DNA of 64,000 nt from Lytechinus pictus (GCF_037042905.1 NC_087256.1:8494001-8558000); one strand, 5' to 3'; numbered from the stretch's first letter, positions 48,628-61,911 are shown. Numbers and translations are program-made. The notes: generated from the sequence alone by a model not told the origin.

Positions 48628-50787
48628 TCATTCATCTTTTTCATTTCATTTATTTCCATTTCTGGTAAAAAACATTCAAATACAATCATATATTTACAAA
48701 AAGAAAACATATGAATATAAATACCAAGAATATGGGGGAGCCAGCAGAGGCCATTAGCCTTTCAAAGGCTGGGCTCCAATGCCATATTGAAACATACATA
48801 ATATAGAGAGAGAAGGCGGGGGGGGGGGTACATTTATGTCTGGATCGTGATGGGTAAATTATATAGAACTTAAAATTCCTTCATGAGATGCATTTTATAC
48901 TTTCATTTAAATGAGGCAATAGATGGGGACATTTTTATATTAACAGGTATTGCATTCCAAGTAATTGCTCCAGAATATTTTACCGATTTATGTGAAGTTT
49001 GATATTTCAACAGAGGAATAAACATATTATAAGCATGTCTTGTATTAAGTGTATGAACATCCTTCGTCATTTTAAACATATCATAAAAAATATGGGGAAG
49101 CAAGTTTTTATTATACATGTACATAAATGATCCAACTTGCAGTTCATGTATTTAAAATATAGTTAGCATATTAAATTTTCTAAAAAGAGGTCCAGATGGA
49201 GTTCTCGGATGAGAGTTTGTATTTGCACATAGTGCTCTTTTTTGTAAAACATACAATTTATTTAGAAGAATTTTAGCACAATGCCCCCAAGTAATACAGA
49301 TGGGGAAGGATAATAGCATTATATATATTAATCAATATCTTCAAAGGAACAAAGTGTCTTATTTTGTATAATATACCAATTGCACATGAGATCTTCCTCA
49401 GGATGATATTAATATGTGGAGTCCAAGTAAGATTTTCATCAATTGTCACTCCAAGAAATGTGGTGTTTGATACCTATTGTATATTAAAATTATTGATTGC
49501 AACATCATCGCAGATTTGTTCAGAGAGTTTTTTATTTTTTGGTTTGAATATCATATAATTAGTTTTTTGAGAGTTAAGTAATTTATTAGCCAAAAACCCA
49601 TCTCCAATTTTGGTAGTTCCGAAGTAATTATATTAGATATTTCATGGACATTTTTACCTGATACAAAAAGGTTTGTGTCATCTGCGAATGTGATTGGACG
49701 AAAGTTTGGGGTTACATATTGCATATCATTAACATATAATAGAAAAAATAACGGGCCTAAAATGGATCCTTGCGGAACTCCTGCATTAAGTGTTAGCAAT
49801 CTAGAATTAATACCATCTATACATACAAATCGTTTTCTATTATATAAAAAACTCTGTATCATTGCTAAAGAAATTCCTCTAAACCCATAAAATTGCAACT
49901 TCCGTAATAAAATATGGTGATTTATTGAGTCGAACGCTTTCGACAAATCCAGAAATATTCCAATACTAATATTCTTATTTTCAAAAGCTGTATTAATATA
50001 ATTAATAAATTCAAGTAGGGCCATAGATGTAGAGTGGCCAGAATAAAAACCGAACTGTCTATTGTATAAAATATTATATTTAGATATATAAGATATTATC
50101 TTTGCATACATCAATTTTTCAAATAATTTATCAAAAACTGAAAGTAGGGACACAGGACGATAATTTGTACATAAAGACTTGTCCCCCTTCTTGTATATAG
50201 GTAAGACTTTAGAAATCTTTAAAGCATCTGGAAAACATCCTGTTTTTATTGAAGTATTGAAAATATGAGTTAAAACTGGTGCTACAATGTGTATACATTG
50301 TTTTAAAACCTTGGTATCTATATCATCATAACCCGGACTTTTTCCTTCTTTTAATTTCAATACCATGTCTATCACCTCAGATTCTTTTATACATGTGAAA
50401 AATAAGGATTGTGGGTAATCACCAGTCATATATATAACAGGGTCTGTCAAAGTATGAGGCATATTATTTATAACCTTCGTACCAATGGAAACAAAATATT
50501 TGTTGAAAACTTCCAAAACTTCTTATGGTTCTTCAATAGTTCCCCCATCTTTTACCAGAATTGGACATTCAACTTTCTTTTGTTGTTTCAATATGTTATT
50601 TATAACACGCCATGTTCCTTTCAAATAATTTCTTTTGTTGTAAAATTTCTTTTGATAATAGTCTCGTTTGGCATTTCTTATGGCATTATTTACAATATTC
50701 CTTTGCTTCTTGTATGCGTTTTTTCTATAATCGGTGGGATTCTTTATAAATTTATGGTATAAGGAATTTTTCTTACGACAATCCAAG
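48628..50787 (-). mobile_element. 5'-truncated, frameshifted LINE (L2/Crack/Daphne-like, CR1 group) reverse transcriptase remnant
   Basis: ORF pieces 50786-50523, 50516-49551 and 49124-48903. Motifs KSPGYD, NYRPVSLL, FLDLSKAFD, GVPQGSILGP, FADD and C-terminal G...WN.IP...K. The 3' end has AATAAA and a short TGAAA-type tail. Confidence 0.92.
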
Positions 50788-51614
50788 GTGTACTATAAAA
50801 AACGTTGATTCCCCTCATGTGTCAAAGTGGAGTCTAGGATTATCCTCAGATGTACATACATAATGACAATGCAAAATGATATCAGATGCAGTGATGATAT
50901 GTTGGGAGGTTTGATTAAGGTGAATAGTGATCTTTGGTTGATTACTGGATTGGTCATTGCATCACTGGTTCAATTCAAAACATTCAAAACAATTAAACAA
51001 TCAGGCAAAAATTTACAAATGAAGTTATATTATTCAAGTCATTGGTAATTATTCTCATACATGTACCATTGACTGAGTAAATCAATATGTTGGACATAAT
51101 ATTATTGAGTACCTGTTGCCAAATTTTTCCACACGAACAAGATATTTTAACCCATAATTATTTTTAAAAAATATATATAATTTTAAATGAAATAACAAAA
51201 ACGAAATAAGACATAGTATTAATATGAATGAATTTCAATTCATTCTTTAGTAAGGAAAAGTAAGAAATATCAGCCATTGGAACGCCAGGGACAGATCATT
51301 ATCATTGACATTGAAAATGAAGAAGGAAGTTTGGAATAATTTCTTAATTTTGCTATAGAATCCAGTCAAATAATGCTTGCATTTTATAGCACTGTTCAGT
51401 TTGCTTGTGGAATAACTAGAACATATGGTATCAAGTATTCTCAGGTTTGAACCTTATTCATAGGATGGTCTAAACTTTGTGGATTTGGGCCTTAAACTTT
51501 AAAGGACACACAAACAAGTTTACCAACTAAACAAAACTATTTTGTTTGATTAAAGTCTTGAAGAATAATTTATACATTTTGATGACTAACTATAATTGTC
51601 ATATTGATTTCACT

Positions 51615-52570
51615 TTCATGATGATTATGATGGTGATGAGGCCATCATGAGGGAGAGGGTGATGATTATGATTGATGATGATGATGATGATGATGGCGAT
51701 AATGATTGTGAATGATGATGGTGATGATTATGAATGATGATGNNNNNNNNNNNNNNNNNNNNNNNNNNNNNNNNNNNNNNNNNNNNNNNNNNNNNNNNNN
51801 NNNNNNNNNNNNNNNNNNNNNNNNNNNNNNNNNNNNNNNNNNNNNNNNNNNNNNNNNNNNNNNNNNNNNNNNNNNNNNNNNNNNNNNNNNNNATGATGTT
51901 GNNNNNNNNNNNNNNNNNNNNNNNNNNNNNNNNNNNNNNNNNNNNNNNNNNNNNNNNNNNNNNNNNNNNNNNNNNNNNNNNNNNNNNNNNNNNNNNNNNN
52001 NNNNNNNNNNNNNNNNNNNNNNNNNNNNNNNNNATGGAGATGTGATGATAGTGATGGGCCCCATTGCATAAAAGTTGCTATTATGGTCAGTTTGCCATCC
52101 GATGGTAACTACCATGGTAATGCTGATCAACAGCCAATCAAAATCAAGGATTCCATGCAAGTTACCATTGGATGGCAAACATGGTAACTTTTTTGCAACA
52201 TGGCCCTGATGGTGGAAGTGATGGTGATCATGATGATGATGATGATGGAGGTGATGGTGATGATCATGGCAGTATTGGTGGTTGGGACGATGGTTGTGGT
52301 GGTGTTATTGGTGATGGTGCTCATGAATCATGATGATGGTGGTAGTGAGGTAACGGTGGTGGTTGTGCTGGTCATGGAGGTGATGATAGTGGTCAATGGT
52401 GATGCTAGAAGTGATGGTGGTTAATCTGATGCTTGTGGTGATAAGAATGGTGATGATGCTAATGCTTATGGTGGTGAAAGACATGCTGACCATGGTGCTG
52501 CTGATGTAGGTCATGGTCAATGTGATGGTGCATATTGATGATTGTAATGTTGATGATGGTATGATAGGAT
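51615..52570. repeat. (GAT/GGT)n low-complexity tract containing two assembly gaps (51743-51892, 51902-52033) and a small MITE at ~52056-52207
   Basis: ATG/GTG triplet repeats and N runs; MITE ends GGGCCCCATTGCATAAAAGTT and AACTTTTTTGCAACATGGCCC. Confidence 0.85.
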
Positions 52571-53280
52571 TGAGAATTGACTGATTGTAAACAAAGATTA
52601 ACAATGGAAGCAATGTAGTAGAATTCTTTGAAGAGATGAAAAGTAGTTCAATTTGATGTAGAAGCAGTAGAGTGCGATGATCTTTTAATCTCTTTATATG
52701 ATTACAGAGATGGGGATTATGATGATCTTAGTCTTCATAACTTGCACTTTCGTCCCTCCATTCTCCTCCCTAGACACTCGCGCTCGCGTACACCTACACC
52801 ATCACACACACACACTATACATGTATATATATATATATACATTGCGAGTCAGAAAATATGTTACACTTTTTAAATTAAGTATTTTTTAAATAGAGTAAAT
52901 ATTCCTTTGTCACTTGGTAAAATATGTTTTAGTGTTGTTGTTATGGTTGAGTGCAACAACAGCCATTGTTTGAAAAAGAGTCAAAACCCATTTGCGCCAA
53001 GTCAGGTGATTACCAGTCCTGCTGAAATAGGCTGCGTTTATGCGACCTCAAGCCAGAATCATGATTTGAATCATGATTTGAATCATGATTCAAAACACAA
53101 ACATGAATCACAATATCACAGAATCAGCGTTTAGACGAACTTCATTCCAATGCTGTTTCTCCTCAGATTTGGGCCAATCCAGTGCGCATCACTAGTGCGC
53201 AGTTTGACAGAGGAAGTTTTTCGCACGTGTTTCGGCTCTCGAAAATTCTTTTGCTTCCATCAGAATTCAGTCTATACCTC

Positions 53281-53990
53281 TGTAGTGGTTTTCTTTTCAT
53301 CAAACACTGATTTCAACATGATCAGAGCTTTATCACTTTATTTTACATTGATCATGCAAAGACAGCTGATTTAATACAACTTAATTAATTCTTTTCATGG
53401 AGCACCTCTCAGTTAGCCTATTCAACTTGATTCTCCTGTCTATCTCTAAGCGGATGTTTTTCTCACTTAGCAACGACTAGCCAATCAGATTTAAGCTGAG
53501 AGCAACCTCATGGTTAATTTTTACACTCCAACGCACGCGGTAGAAAGTCTTCACCTAGTAAGGACATGTACAATTTCTGCTAGTCATTTTTCTTTGCAAC
53601 ACAACAAATAGCTCTTACTTTGGATTTATTTTTCATCATCAGGATTTCAAGTTCTTCATTTTCCATCCTTTTGATTTTGGACATATGTAAATATATATTC
53701 ATCGCTTGGGTTATCCAATTAAGTGGACAGCGTGTAATATTTCTAGGAGAACATCTCGTGTCACGATTACCCTATTCGCGACGCGTTTCGCTGAGGCCTC
53801 ACGTACGCGGTCGTTCTTCATCGCGACATCGTTCTTCATTCGCATTTATCTTGTTTATGGACATCGCATTAAAGGATCCCGATGAATTAATCGCCACTTG
53901 ATTTTCTACATTTTTGCCTTCGCAAAGAGGACCTCAGTGCTGGTGAGTCAATCAGATATTTTTATGTTAAGAAAGTTCTCATTTCTTACA
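53281..53990 (+). repeat. 5' LTR
   Basis: TGTAG...TTACA; direct repeat of 58150-58859 with no mismatch noticed by eye. Confidence 0.96.
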
Positions 53991-53992
53991 AT

Positions 53993-54010
53993 TGGTGACC
54001 CCGACGTGAT
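53993..54010 (+). promoter_or_regulatory. Primer-binding site complementary to tRNA-Trp
   Basis: TGGTGACCCCGACGTGAT, 2 nt after the LTR; complement of the 3' 18 nt of metazoan tRNA-Trp. Confidence 0.92.
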
Positions 54011-54034
54011 TTTCGAGACGCAACAATTTTCATC

Positions 54035-54925
54035 ATGAATCAACAATCAGCTAATCCAGCTGCTGCGGTATCGCATGTCGCTGCAGTCGCCTTAAAGCTT
54101 CCCCCATACTGGCCGAACGATCCCGCTGTATGGTTCGCTCAAGTACAAGCCCAGTTCATGACGAGGGGAATTACTTCAGAGGAGACTCAGTTTGCGTACA
54201 TTGTGTCTGCACTTCAACCTGAGATTGCACAGGAAGTCAGGGATATTTTAATGAACCCTCCTAAGGACACACCGTACTCGCACCTCAAAGCAGAATTGAT
54301 TCGCAGGACATCAGTCTCGGAGCAGAAAAGACTCCACCAGCTACTTACCCAAGAGGAACTAGGGGATCGAAAACCCTCCCAGTTATTACGTAGAATGGAA
54401 CAACTGCTTGGAAGTGATCATCTTGATGAAACAATCTTCAAACAATTATTTTTGCAGCGACTTCCACATCATGTCCAGACAATTCTAGCGTCAAGCCGCG
54501 ACGACATGAAGGTGACACAGTTGGCAGACTTGGCTGATAGAATCATTGATATTGGTTCAACAAGTACTGTTTCTGCTGTTAGTTCGCCCTCGTTTTCTAC
54601 TTCTAGTTCAGAGTTGTCACAACTTCAACAGCAAGTAGACAGACTTACATTTCAAGTGCAGTCATTGACTACGCAACTTCAACATGAACGTGGTCGATCT
54701 CCAAATAGGCGCCCTCAACGTCCAAATACTCATTCAAATAGACAACGTAGCAGGAGTAGCAGTCAAAAGCGTCCTCTCTGTTGGTATCACTGGAAACATG
54801 GCGCAGAAGCTCGCAAGTGTACACCGCCATGTAACTTTAATCACGCTTCTTTGTTTTCGAGTGATTCTCAACAGCCTTCTTCCAACACCCATGCTCAGGG
54901 AAACGACAGAGCCAGCCGGGATTAA
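54035..54925 (+). CDS. gag: Gag (296 aa) with CHCC zinc knuckle
   Basis: KLPPYW...WFAQV; [13 protein letters not shown]; CWYHWKHG...C..PC. Confidence 0.93.
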   Translation: MNQQSANPAAAVSHVAAVALKLPPYWPNDPAVWFAQVQAQFMTRGITSEETQFAYIVSALQPEIAQEVRDILMNPPKDTPYSHLKAELIRRTSVSEQKRLHQLLTQEELGDRKPSQLLRRMEQLLGSDHLDETIFKQLFLQRLPHHVQTILASSRDDMKVTQLADLADRIIDIGSTSTVSAVSSPSFSTSSSELSQLQQQVDRLTFQVQSLTTQLQHERGRSPNRRPQRPNTHSNRQRSRSSSQKRPLCWYHWKHGAEARKCTPPCNFNHASLFSSDSQQPSSNTHAQGNDRASRD

Positions 54926-57900
54926 GAGCGACGACTCGTGCTGGTGCTAAGAATAAGAATGGTCGCTTGTTCTACATTCATGATCGGATCAGTGGTACTC
55001 AATTTTTGGTAGATACTGGAGCGGAAGTCAGCATAATCACGCCATCTGCAGTTGACAGACAACGGCATACACATTCAGAGTTCACATTGGAAGCGGTTAA
55101 CGAGTCTCGCATTCGTACGTATGGTGAACGCTCCATCACTTTGGATTTAGGCCTTCGAAGGACTTTTCGTTTTGTTTTCGTGATTGCCGATCTTCCTACA
55201 CCCATTATTGGAGCCGATTTCCTGGATGAATTTGGACTGGTTGTAGATGTTAGGCATCGAAAACTTATTGACTCCACTACAAAGCTCACGATCGACGGCA
55301 TCCGTGCTCCACTTCACACGCAGTCTGTCAGTCCTATGTTTTCACGTTCATCGACTACAGGCAGTGATGAGTATAACGCCATCTTAAAGGAGTACCCAGA
55401 CATCACTCGTCCTGACTATCGCCCCAAAGCTGTCAAACATTCTGTTACGCACCACATTGTAACGACAGGACCTCCATGTTCCGCACGTCCACGTCGTTTA
55501 GCTGCTGATCGCCTGACGATAGCACGTTCTGAGTTCGAACATATGCAGGAACTGGGGATCGTTAGACCGTCGAGTAGCAATTGGGCATCCCCGCTCCACA
55601 TGGTTCCCAAATCTACACCAGGTGATTGGCGCCCATGTGGGGATTACCGTGCTCTTAACGCTCGAACTGTACCAGATCGCTACCCAGTCCCACATATCCA
55701 GGACTTTACAGCATCATTGAATGATAAGAAGATCTTTTCGAAGATAGATCTCATCAAGGCATACCATCAGATACCCGTTGAACCATCTGATATACCGAAG
55801 ACGGCAATTACCACACCCTTCGGACTCTTCGAGTTTACGCGAATGCCTTTCGGACTTCGAAATGCAGCCCAATCCTTCCAGCGTTTGATGGACGAAGTGG
55901 TCAGGGGCTTGCCTTTTGTCTTTGTGTACATCGACGACATGCTAGTTGCTAGTGCAACAGAGGAAGAGCATAAGGAACATCTCCGACTTCTTTTTGCTCG
56001 CCTTCACGAGTATGGTATAGTGATCAACCCTGCCAAGTGTGTGTTTGGTGTGAGCTCTCTCATCTTCTTGGGACATCACATCAGCGCAGATGGCATTCGA
56101 CCCCTCGAGAAGCGCGTGGAGGAGATCCGCGAATTTGCTCGTCCTTCTTCTATTCGACAGCTCCGTCGTTTTCTAGGACTTGTCAATTTTTATCGACGAT
56201 TTATCCCCAAGGCAGCAGCTATCCTCGCACCACTTACCGACATGCTCCGTGGTCAGCCGAAGAGATCAACCAAGGCAGTTGAGTGGACGGAAGAGCGCAT
56301 CAGTGCATTTGAGCGTGCGAAGGAGGAACTTGCAAATGCTGCTTTGCTTGTACATCCTTCGACAGATCTCCAAACTAACTTGATGGTTGATGCATCAGAT
56401 GTAGCAGTCGGTGGCGTCCTTCAACAGTACGCTGATGGTATTTGGAAGCCAATTGCGTTCTTTTCACAGCGACTCAAACCTACCGAAATAAGATACAGCA
56501 CTTTTGGTAGGGAATTATTAGCTGTTTACCTCACGATTCGCCATTTTCGCTATTTCCTAGAGGGACGCGAGTTCACAGTCTACACAGATCATAAGCCATT
56601 GACCTACGCTTTGCGATCGAAGCCTGACCGTCACTCTCCAAGAGAAATCCGCCAGCTAGACTATATCTCGCAGTTTACATCAGACATACAGCATGTACAC
56701 GGTGTAGACAACACAGTAGCTGATGCCTTGTCTCGACTGCATGTGGATGCTCTCCACACATCATTTACTGTTGATTTTGATCAGATTGCAGCCGACCAAA
56801 TTGATGATGAATGGGAAGAGATACAGAAATCAACTTCACTGACATTAAAGCAAGTACCACGGCCTTCAAGCGACGGAATGATTTGGTGCGATGTCTCTAC
56901 AGACCACGAGAGACCTTACGTCCCGAAGAAACACCGCCGCATGGTATTTGAAGCGTTGCATAATATGTCACATCCTGGTGTACGCTCTACCCAAGCAATG
57001 ATTACTTCACGTTTTGTTTGGCCAAGTATGAACAAGGACATACGTACGTGGGCTCGTTCATGCTTATCTTGCCAGCGCTCTAAGGTCCATCGACATATCA
57101 AGGCACCACTTGGAACCTACACTGCGCCAGACGCCAGATTCAGTCATATTCATGTAGACTTAGTCGGTCCATTGCCTTCGTCAAATGGATATTGTTACAT
57201 GTTAACCTGTATTGATCGGTTTACAAGATGGGCCGATGCTTTCCCAATATCAGACATTACAGCAGAGACTGTCGCCAAGACACTTGTGCATGGGTGGATT
57301 TCCCGATTTGGCGCACCCTCAACCATCACCACGGACAGAGGTAGGCAGTTTGAATCGCAACTCTTCCAAGCACTCACTTCACTTCTTGGGAGCTCTCGTA
57401 CACGCACCACTGCGTATCACCCTGCGGCCAATGGTATTGTGGAGAGATTCCATCGTCAGCTCAAAGCAGCACTTCGAGCGCAATCTGATCCCAGCAAATG
57501 GCAAGAGTTTTTGCCTATCGCACTTTTGGGCATACGCACAACGGTAAAAGAGGATCTCGGATGTACACCAGCAGAACTGGTGTATGGAACTACACTGAAG
57601 GTTCCAGGTCAGCTGGTGGCACCAACGACTCCGGACTCTTTCTCCAACCCAGGCGACTATGTTCATCGCCTTCGCAACTATATGATTGACATCAACCCTG
57701 CACGAACACGTTCTCAAACTACTACATCGCATGTTCCACCTGATTTGCAAGATTGCTCGCATGTATTTATCAGGTGTGATGCTGTCCGGCCATCACTTCA
57801 GCCGCAATATGATGGACCTTACAGAGTTGTTAGTAGGACGCCAAAGTTTTTCATTTTGGAAGTGAAAGGGAAGAATGATTCCGTCAGCGTTGATCGTCTC

Positions 57901-58068
57901 AAGGTTGCTCATCTGCCATCTACTACAAGCATGGACAATTCAATTCAACATCATGCATCATTTTCATCGCTACCTACTCCTACTGCCTCTACTCCACCGG
58001 TGCGGACAACCAGATCAGGTCGCCGCGTCCATTTTCCTGCTCGTTTTGCCCAGTTTTCCAATGGATGA
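54898..58068 (+). CDS. pol: Pol polyprotein (protease, RT, RNase H, integrase), predicted to be expressed by -1 frameshift from gag
   Basis: Frame is open from the slippery site GGGAAAC (54898) to TGA at 58068. Motifs LVDTGA, YIDD, VDAS..., HHCC, HVDLVG/TDRG/ERFH, and GPY. Confidence 0.95.
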   Translation, partial: GKRQSQPGLRATTRAGAKNKNGRLFYIHDRISGTQFLVDTGAEVSIITPSAVDRQRHTHSEFTLEAVNESRIRTYGERSITLDLGLRRTFRFVFVIADLPTPIIGADFLDEFGLVVDVRHRKLIDSTTKLTIDGIRAPLHTQSVSPMFSRSSTTGSDEYNAILKEYPDITRPDYRPKAVKHSVTHHIVTTGPPCSARPRRLAADRLTIARSEFEHMQELGIVRPSSSNWASPLHMVPKSTPGDWRPCGDYRALNARTVPDRYPVPHIQDFTASLNDKKIFSKIDLIKAYHQIPVEPSDIPKTAITTPFGLFEFTRMPFGLRNAAQSFQRLMDEVVRGLPFVFVYIDDMLVASATEEEHKEHLRLLFARLHEYGIVINPAKCVFGVSSLIFLGHHISADGIRPLEKRVEEIREFARPSSIRQLRRFLGLVNFYRRFIPKAAAILAPLTDMLRGQPKRSTKAVEWTEERISAFERAKEELANAALLVHPSTDLQTNLMVDASDVAVGGVLQQYADGIWKPIAFFSQRLKPTEIRYSTFGRELLAVYLTIRHFRYFLEGREFTVYTDHKPLTYALRSKPDRHSPREIRQLDYISQFTSDIQHVHGVDNTVADALSRLHVDALHTSFTVDFDQIAADQIDDEWEEIQKSTSLTLKQVPRPSSDGMIWCDVSTDHERPYVPKKHRRMVFEALHNMSHPGVRSTQAMITSRFVWPSMNKDIRTWARSCLSCQRSKVHRHIKAPLGTYTAPDARFSHIHVDLVGPLPSSNGYCYMLTCIDRFTRWADAFPISDITAETVAKTLVHGWISRFGAPSTITTDRGRQFESQLFQALTSLLGSSRTRTTAYHPAANGIVERFHRQLKAALRAQSDPSKWQEFLPIALLGIRTTVKEDLGCTPAELVYGTTLKVPGQLVAPTTPDSFSNPGDYVHRLRNYMIDINPARTRSQTTTSHVPPDLQDCSHVFIRCDAVRPSLQPQYDGPYRVVSRTPKFFILEVKGKNDSVSVDRLKVAHLPSTTSMDNSIQHHASFSSLPTPTASTPPVRTTRSGRRVHFPARFAQFSNG

Positions 58069-58136
58069 AAGGACATCTTACATTATCATGGGACCAATGC
58101 TTTGTATCGATCAACTTAACTCTTGTTCGTTGATCT

Positions 58137-58146
58137 AGGAGGGGAG
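58137..58146 (+). promoter_or_regulatory. Polypurine tract
   Basis: AGGAGGGGAG, 3 nt before the 3' LTR. Confidence 0.85.
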
Positions 58147-58149
58147 TAT

Positions 58150-58859
58150 TGTAGTGGTTTTCTTTTCATCAAACACTGATTTCAACATGATCAGAGCTTT
58201 ATCACTTTATTTTACATTGATCATGCAAAGACAGCTGATTTAATACAACTTAATTAATTCTTTTCATGGAGCACCTCTCAGTTAGCCTATTCAACTTGAT
58301 TCTCCTGTCTATCTCTAAGCGGATGTTTTTCTCACTTAGCAACGACTAGCCAATCAGATTTAAGCTGAGAGCAACCTCATGGTTAATTTTTACACTCCAA
58401 CGCACGCGGTAGAAAGTCTTCACCTAGTAAGGACATGTACAATTTCTGCTAGTCATTTTTCTTTGCAACACAACAAATAGCTCTTACTTTGGATTTATTT
58501 TTCATCATCAGGATTTCAAGTTCTTCATTTTCCATCCTTTTGATTTTGGACATATGTAAATATATATTCATCGCTTGGGTTATCCAATTAAGTGGACAGC
58601 GTGTAATATTTCTAGGAGAACATCTCGTGTCACGATTACCCTATTCGCGACGCGTTTCGCTGAGGCCTCACGTACGCGGTCGTTCTTCATCGCGACATCG
58701 TTCTTCATTCGCATTTATCTTGTTTATGGACATCGCATTAAAGGATCCCGATGAATTAATCGCCACTTGATTTTCTACATTTTTGCCTTCGCAAAGAGGA
58801 CCTCAGTGCTGGTGAGTCAATCAGATATTTTTATGTTAAGAAAGTTCTCATTTCTTACA
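58150..58859 (+). repeat. 3' LTR
   Basis: Direct repeat of the 5' LTR, followed by TSD CCTC. Confidence 0.96.
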
Positions 58860-59599
58860 CCTCATTTTGTTTACTTCTATCATAAAGGGTCCATATGCTT
58901 CTATTCATCTTGTTAGTTTATCCAAAATGGTGTTCTGAAGTGAATTTCAGCGTAGATCCAATTTGATATTGATACTGTATACTCAACAACAACTGAGATC
59001 ATTGTCTGTCCAGTTAATTCATTTACTAGAACTTGAAGTTGAAGACCTGACCAAAAAATGAAAAGTAGTGGACGATGCGATGACCAACACAGAACTTGAA
59101 CATGACTAGAAATGAATTCATAGTACATAGTCATGTACATACAATGAGCATATAGAGCGCCTTGAGCTTGGCAAGAGTCAAACCGAAAGTAGCCCGACAC
59201 AACAGTGAGGTCATATAATCATGATTGTAATCACGATATCGTTTATTCGAACATTTTCGTACGTGATTCTGCAGAAACGTCTTTCCAAACGCCCCTTTTT
59301 TCGTGTTTCATGTTTGTGATTCTAATCATGATTATATTCAATTTCGACTAAACGCAATCGTGATTCTGCAGAATCATGATTTGAATCATGATTCAAATCA
59401 TGATTCTAGGGTAAAAAAGTGGCGGATAAACGCACCCATAGAGACAAAAGCATTCACTCAAGCAATGAGCGTAAAATTTATCCATGTGTTTATTAATCAA
59501 GAAAAATAAACGAGAGAACCAGTAAATCAGTCAATTATCTTCACTGAAAAGTTCCTTTTCATTGTCATTTTGGCCACAACCTGGACAAAGTTCTCGCCT

Positions 59600-60506
59600 T
59601 CAATCTACCACATGCCACCACATGTTGCTCTGATGATACGCTTCTGCAAGTCATCCAGATCTGCAGGTGGGTTGCTGTACACTTGACTTCAGGTACCCCC
59701 AGACGAAGACAGGCCGACACTTCGCAGGGCCATGGCAGCAATCAGGGGCGTCGATCCATTTTTCAGATTGGGGGGGGGGGGCAAAATCATGAATCAACTT
59801 TCCAAAGGCACTCGATCACACAAAACAAACAAACTCACACACATATATGCCTATATATATATGACTCATGAGATAGAGACACGTATCTCACCAACACATT
59901 AAAAATATTCTGACCTGAAAGCTTGATATTCTAAGCATTTTTGGTACTAATGGTTAAGATGGGTATCTAAAAAACAATAGATGCGAGCGCGAAGCGCGAG
60001 CTGAAAATTTTGATATTTCGATCTGAAAAAATTGAGTTTAATGGACGTTTTTAATAAAGAACAAGATATATATCCAACAAAAGATTATTGCAAATCGAAG
60101 TGGGAGTTCTTTTGAGGTCTAGAACTGAAAAAGGGACATTCTATTCACCTATTTAATCATGAAAAGTATGGGTTTTGCTACAGAAATGATGCGAGCGCGA
60201 AGCGCGAGCTAGATTTTTTTTATATTCCAATCTGAAAATCGGACATTTTGAGCACGATTTTAGATAAAGAACGAGTTGTGTATCTCAATCTCGCTTGCTG
60301 ATTTCTGTGTAACATTACAATCTTATTTTATTTGTTGCACATGCGGAATTATTGGGGGGGGGGCAAAACGATATGTTTGCCCCCCAATATTTTCATTAGT
60401 GGGGCGATCGCCCCCCCCCCCCCCCCCAGGATCGACGCCTCTGGCAGCAATGCTCCATCGAGCTCAGAAGTGCATCGAGAGAAATGGACAACATGAGGAA
60501 GATTGA
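59600..60506. pseudogene. Rearranged remnant of a Tc1/mariner-superfamily transposase C-terminus
   Basis: Minus strand ~59710-59620 reads FVWGYLKS/(frameshift)YSNPPADLDDLQKRII. Plus strand 59711-59742 joined to 60452-60506 reads RPTLRRAMAAMLHRAQKCIERNGQHEED*. Confidence 0.6.
59743..60443. mobile_element. hAT-like MITE
   Basis: Ends CAGGGGCGTCGATCC and GGATCGACGCCTCTG; 8-bp TSD GCAGCAAT at 59735-59742 and 60444-60451. Confidence 0.87.
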
Positions 60507-60585
60507 AGGCGGGAAGCTTGGCGATGTACGTGTACGGGTCTCGGGTCTCCTTCATAATTATATTTGAGATCAAGAGTGTGGAGTG

Positions 60586-60635
<50 letters not shown>

Positions 60636-60656
60636 CGTGTGTGTGTGTGTGTATAT
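60586..60656. repeat. (TA)n(TG)n compound microsatellite
   Basis: Read directly from the sequence. Confidence 0.95.
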
Positions 60657-61742
60657 AGCCCCGTTCAGTGTATTTTCGCACTCACTATGCGCAGCTAGAC
60701 GCTTTCTATAACGCAGAAAATCTATTATCAAAAGCACTGCAATGACAAAACAGCCTTTGTCGAAAATCGGTGAATCAAAACAGCAGCCCCGGACTCTGGA
60801 CAAACGACGTATTTGTAATTTTTCGTCAGGTCCAAATCTTCGGACGTTCTGCTATTCCGGTCCACCAACATTGGACAAAAAATTCCATTTGTGATTTGGC
60901 TTGCATTTTCAAAGGAATTAGTGCATTGTAGAAAATGTGATTGTGAAAATACGCTAATAGACCTGCCAAGACGCTGAATATTTACCTAATCGAATTTTGA
61001 ATGTTTTAAGAACTGTTTTAGATAGCCTACGCTGGTGGATTTGTCTTGAATAGTTTACGTTCACCTTACTATTCAAACGCTTGTACAAGAATAAAATATT
61101 TCAAACCTGTGCCATAATGCATAACTTTCATTTCCCCCCTGTTGTACCTCCTTTCTTTCTCGCTTTCTTCTATTTATTACTCAATTAATTCCTTTCATTT
61201 TAATTGATTTGAAATGAAAAAAAAGTTTACATTATTGTAAATGTATAAATTCACAGCAAGACGCCGTCCCCATCCCCATGGATTGTCTTTCATAAACATA
61301 GCCTACATATTTCATGAAATTTCGTAGACTAAAAAACCCTGATAAAAATTAATGATTAAATAAATAAATTCAGCAGCAGTACAGCACCGATGCATATCAC
61401 ACAAAAATACATACTCTTACTTAATTCTTGTAAGAAATACCCGATGTCAGATACTCAGTGTGGACAGCAAAATCAAGAAATGTCGACTATTAACTTCATC
61501 TGTGGAATATTAATTGCTCTATCATAATGAGCAAGTTAGTTTCAAACTTTCAATGATTACAGAGAGAAAGAGACATAAAGAAGGAGAGAGATAGATAGAT
61601 AGAGGGGATGGGTGGAGAGCAAAAAAGAAAAAGAAATATGGTGCATGTCATTTTTCTTATTTTTGTCGACCAATACACGTTCTGCGCATATCCGTGTTCA
61701 TGGCTATATAATGCAACCTTTGCGCAGTTTTCCAAATGAACT

Positions 61743-61911
61743 GGGGGTGTTTCATGAAAGTTGTCACCACTGACTTAAGTTGAGAGTGCTGACTATTTCA
61801 GTGAAATCCTTGGTTTTGATTGGCTGTGAGGCACTGGCTCTGACTGTTACTATAGTAACTGTCGGAGAAAGCCAACTTGTCAGTGCTGACAACCTTCATG
61901 AAACGCTTCCC
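61743..61911. mobile_element. Small Harbinger-like MITE
   Basis: GGGGGTGTTTCATGAAAGTTGTCA ... TGACAACCTTCATGAAACGCTTCCC, flanked by CTG; related elements at ~28735-28870 and ~52056-52207. Confidence 0.6.

Larger units (their letters stand above)
53281..58859 (+). mobile_element. Intact Ty3/Gypsy LTR retrotransposon, CsRn1/Boudicca-type (5579 bp)
   Basis: Two 710-bp TG...CA LTRs, 4-bp TSD CCTC (53277-53280, 58860-58863), PBS, PPT, and intact gag and pol in PR-RT-RH-IN order. Confidence 0.97.
53030..59437. mobile_element. PIF/Harbinger-like MITE (~825 bp) split by the LTR retrotransposon
   Basis: Ends GGCTGCGTTTAT and ATAAACGCACCC; 3-bp TSD ATA; subterminal (GAATCATGATTT)n arrays at both ends. 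Confidence 0.78.

Noticed and set aside
52127-52613. Ile/Thr- or Met/Val-rich ORFs
   Set aside because: Products of the (GAT/GGT)n low-complexity tract.
53620-53901. 93-aa ORF present twice (also 58489-58770), as an accessory or env-like gene
   Set aside because: It lies wholly within the LTRs, starts at TTG, and has no recognisable motif. The duplication simply reflects the LTRs. There is no room for env between pol and the PPT.
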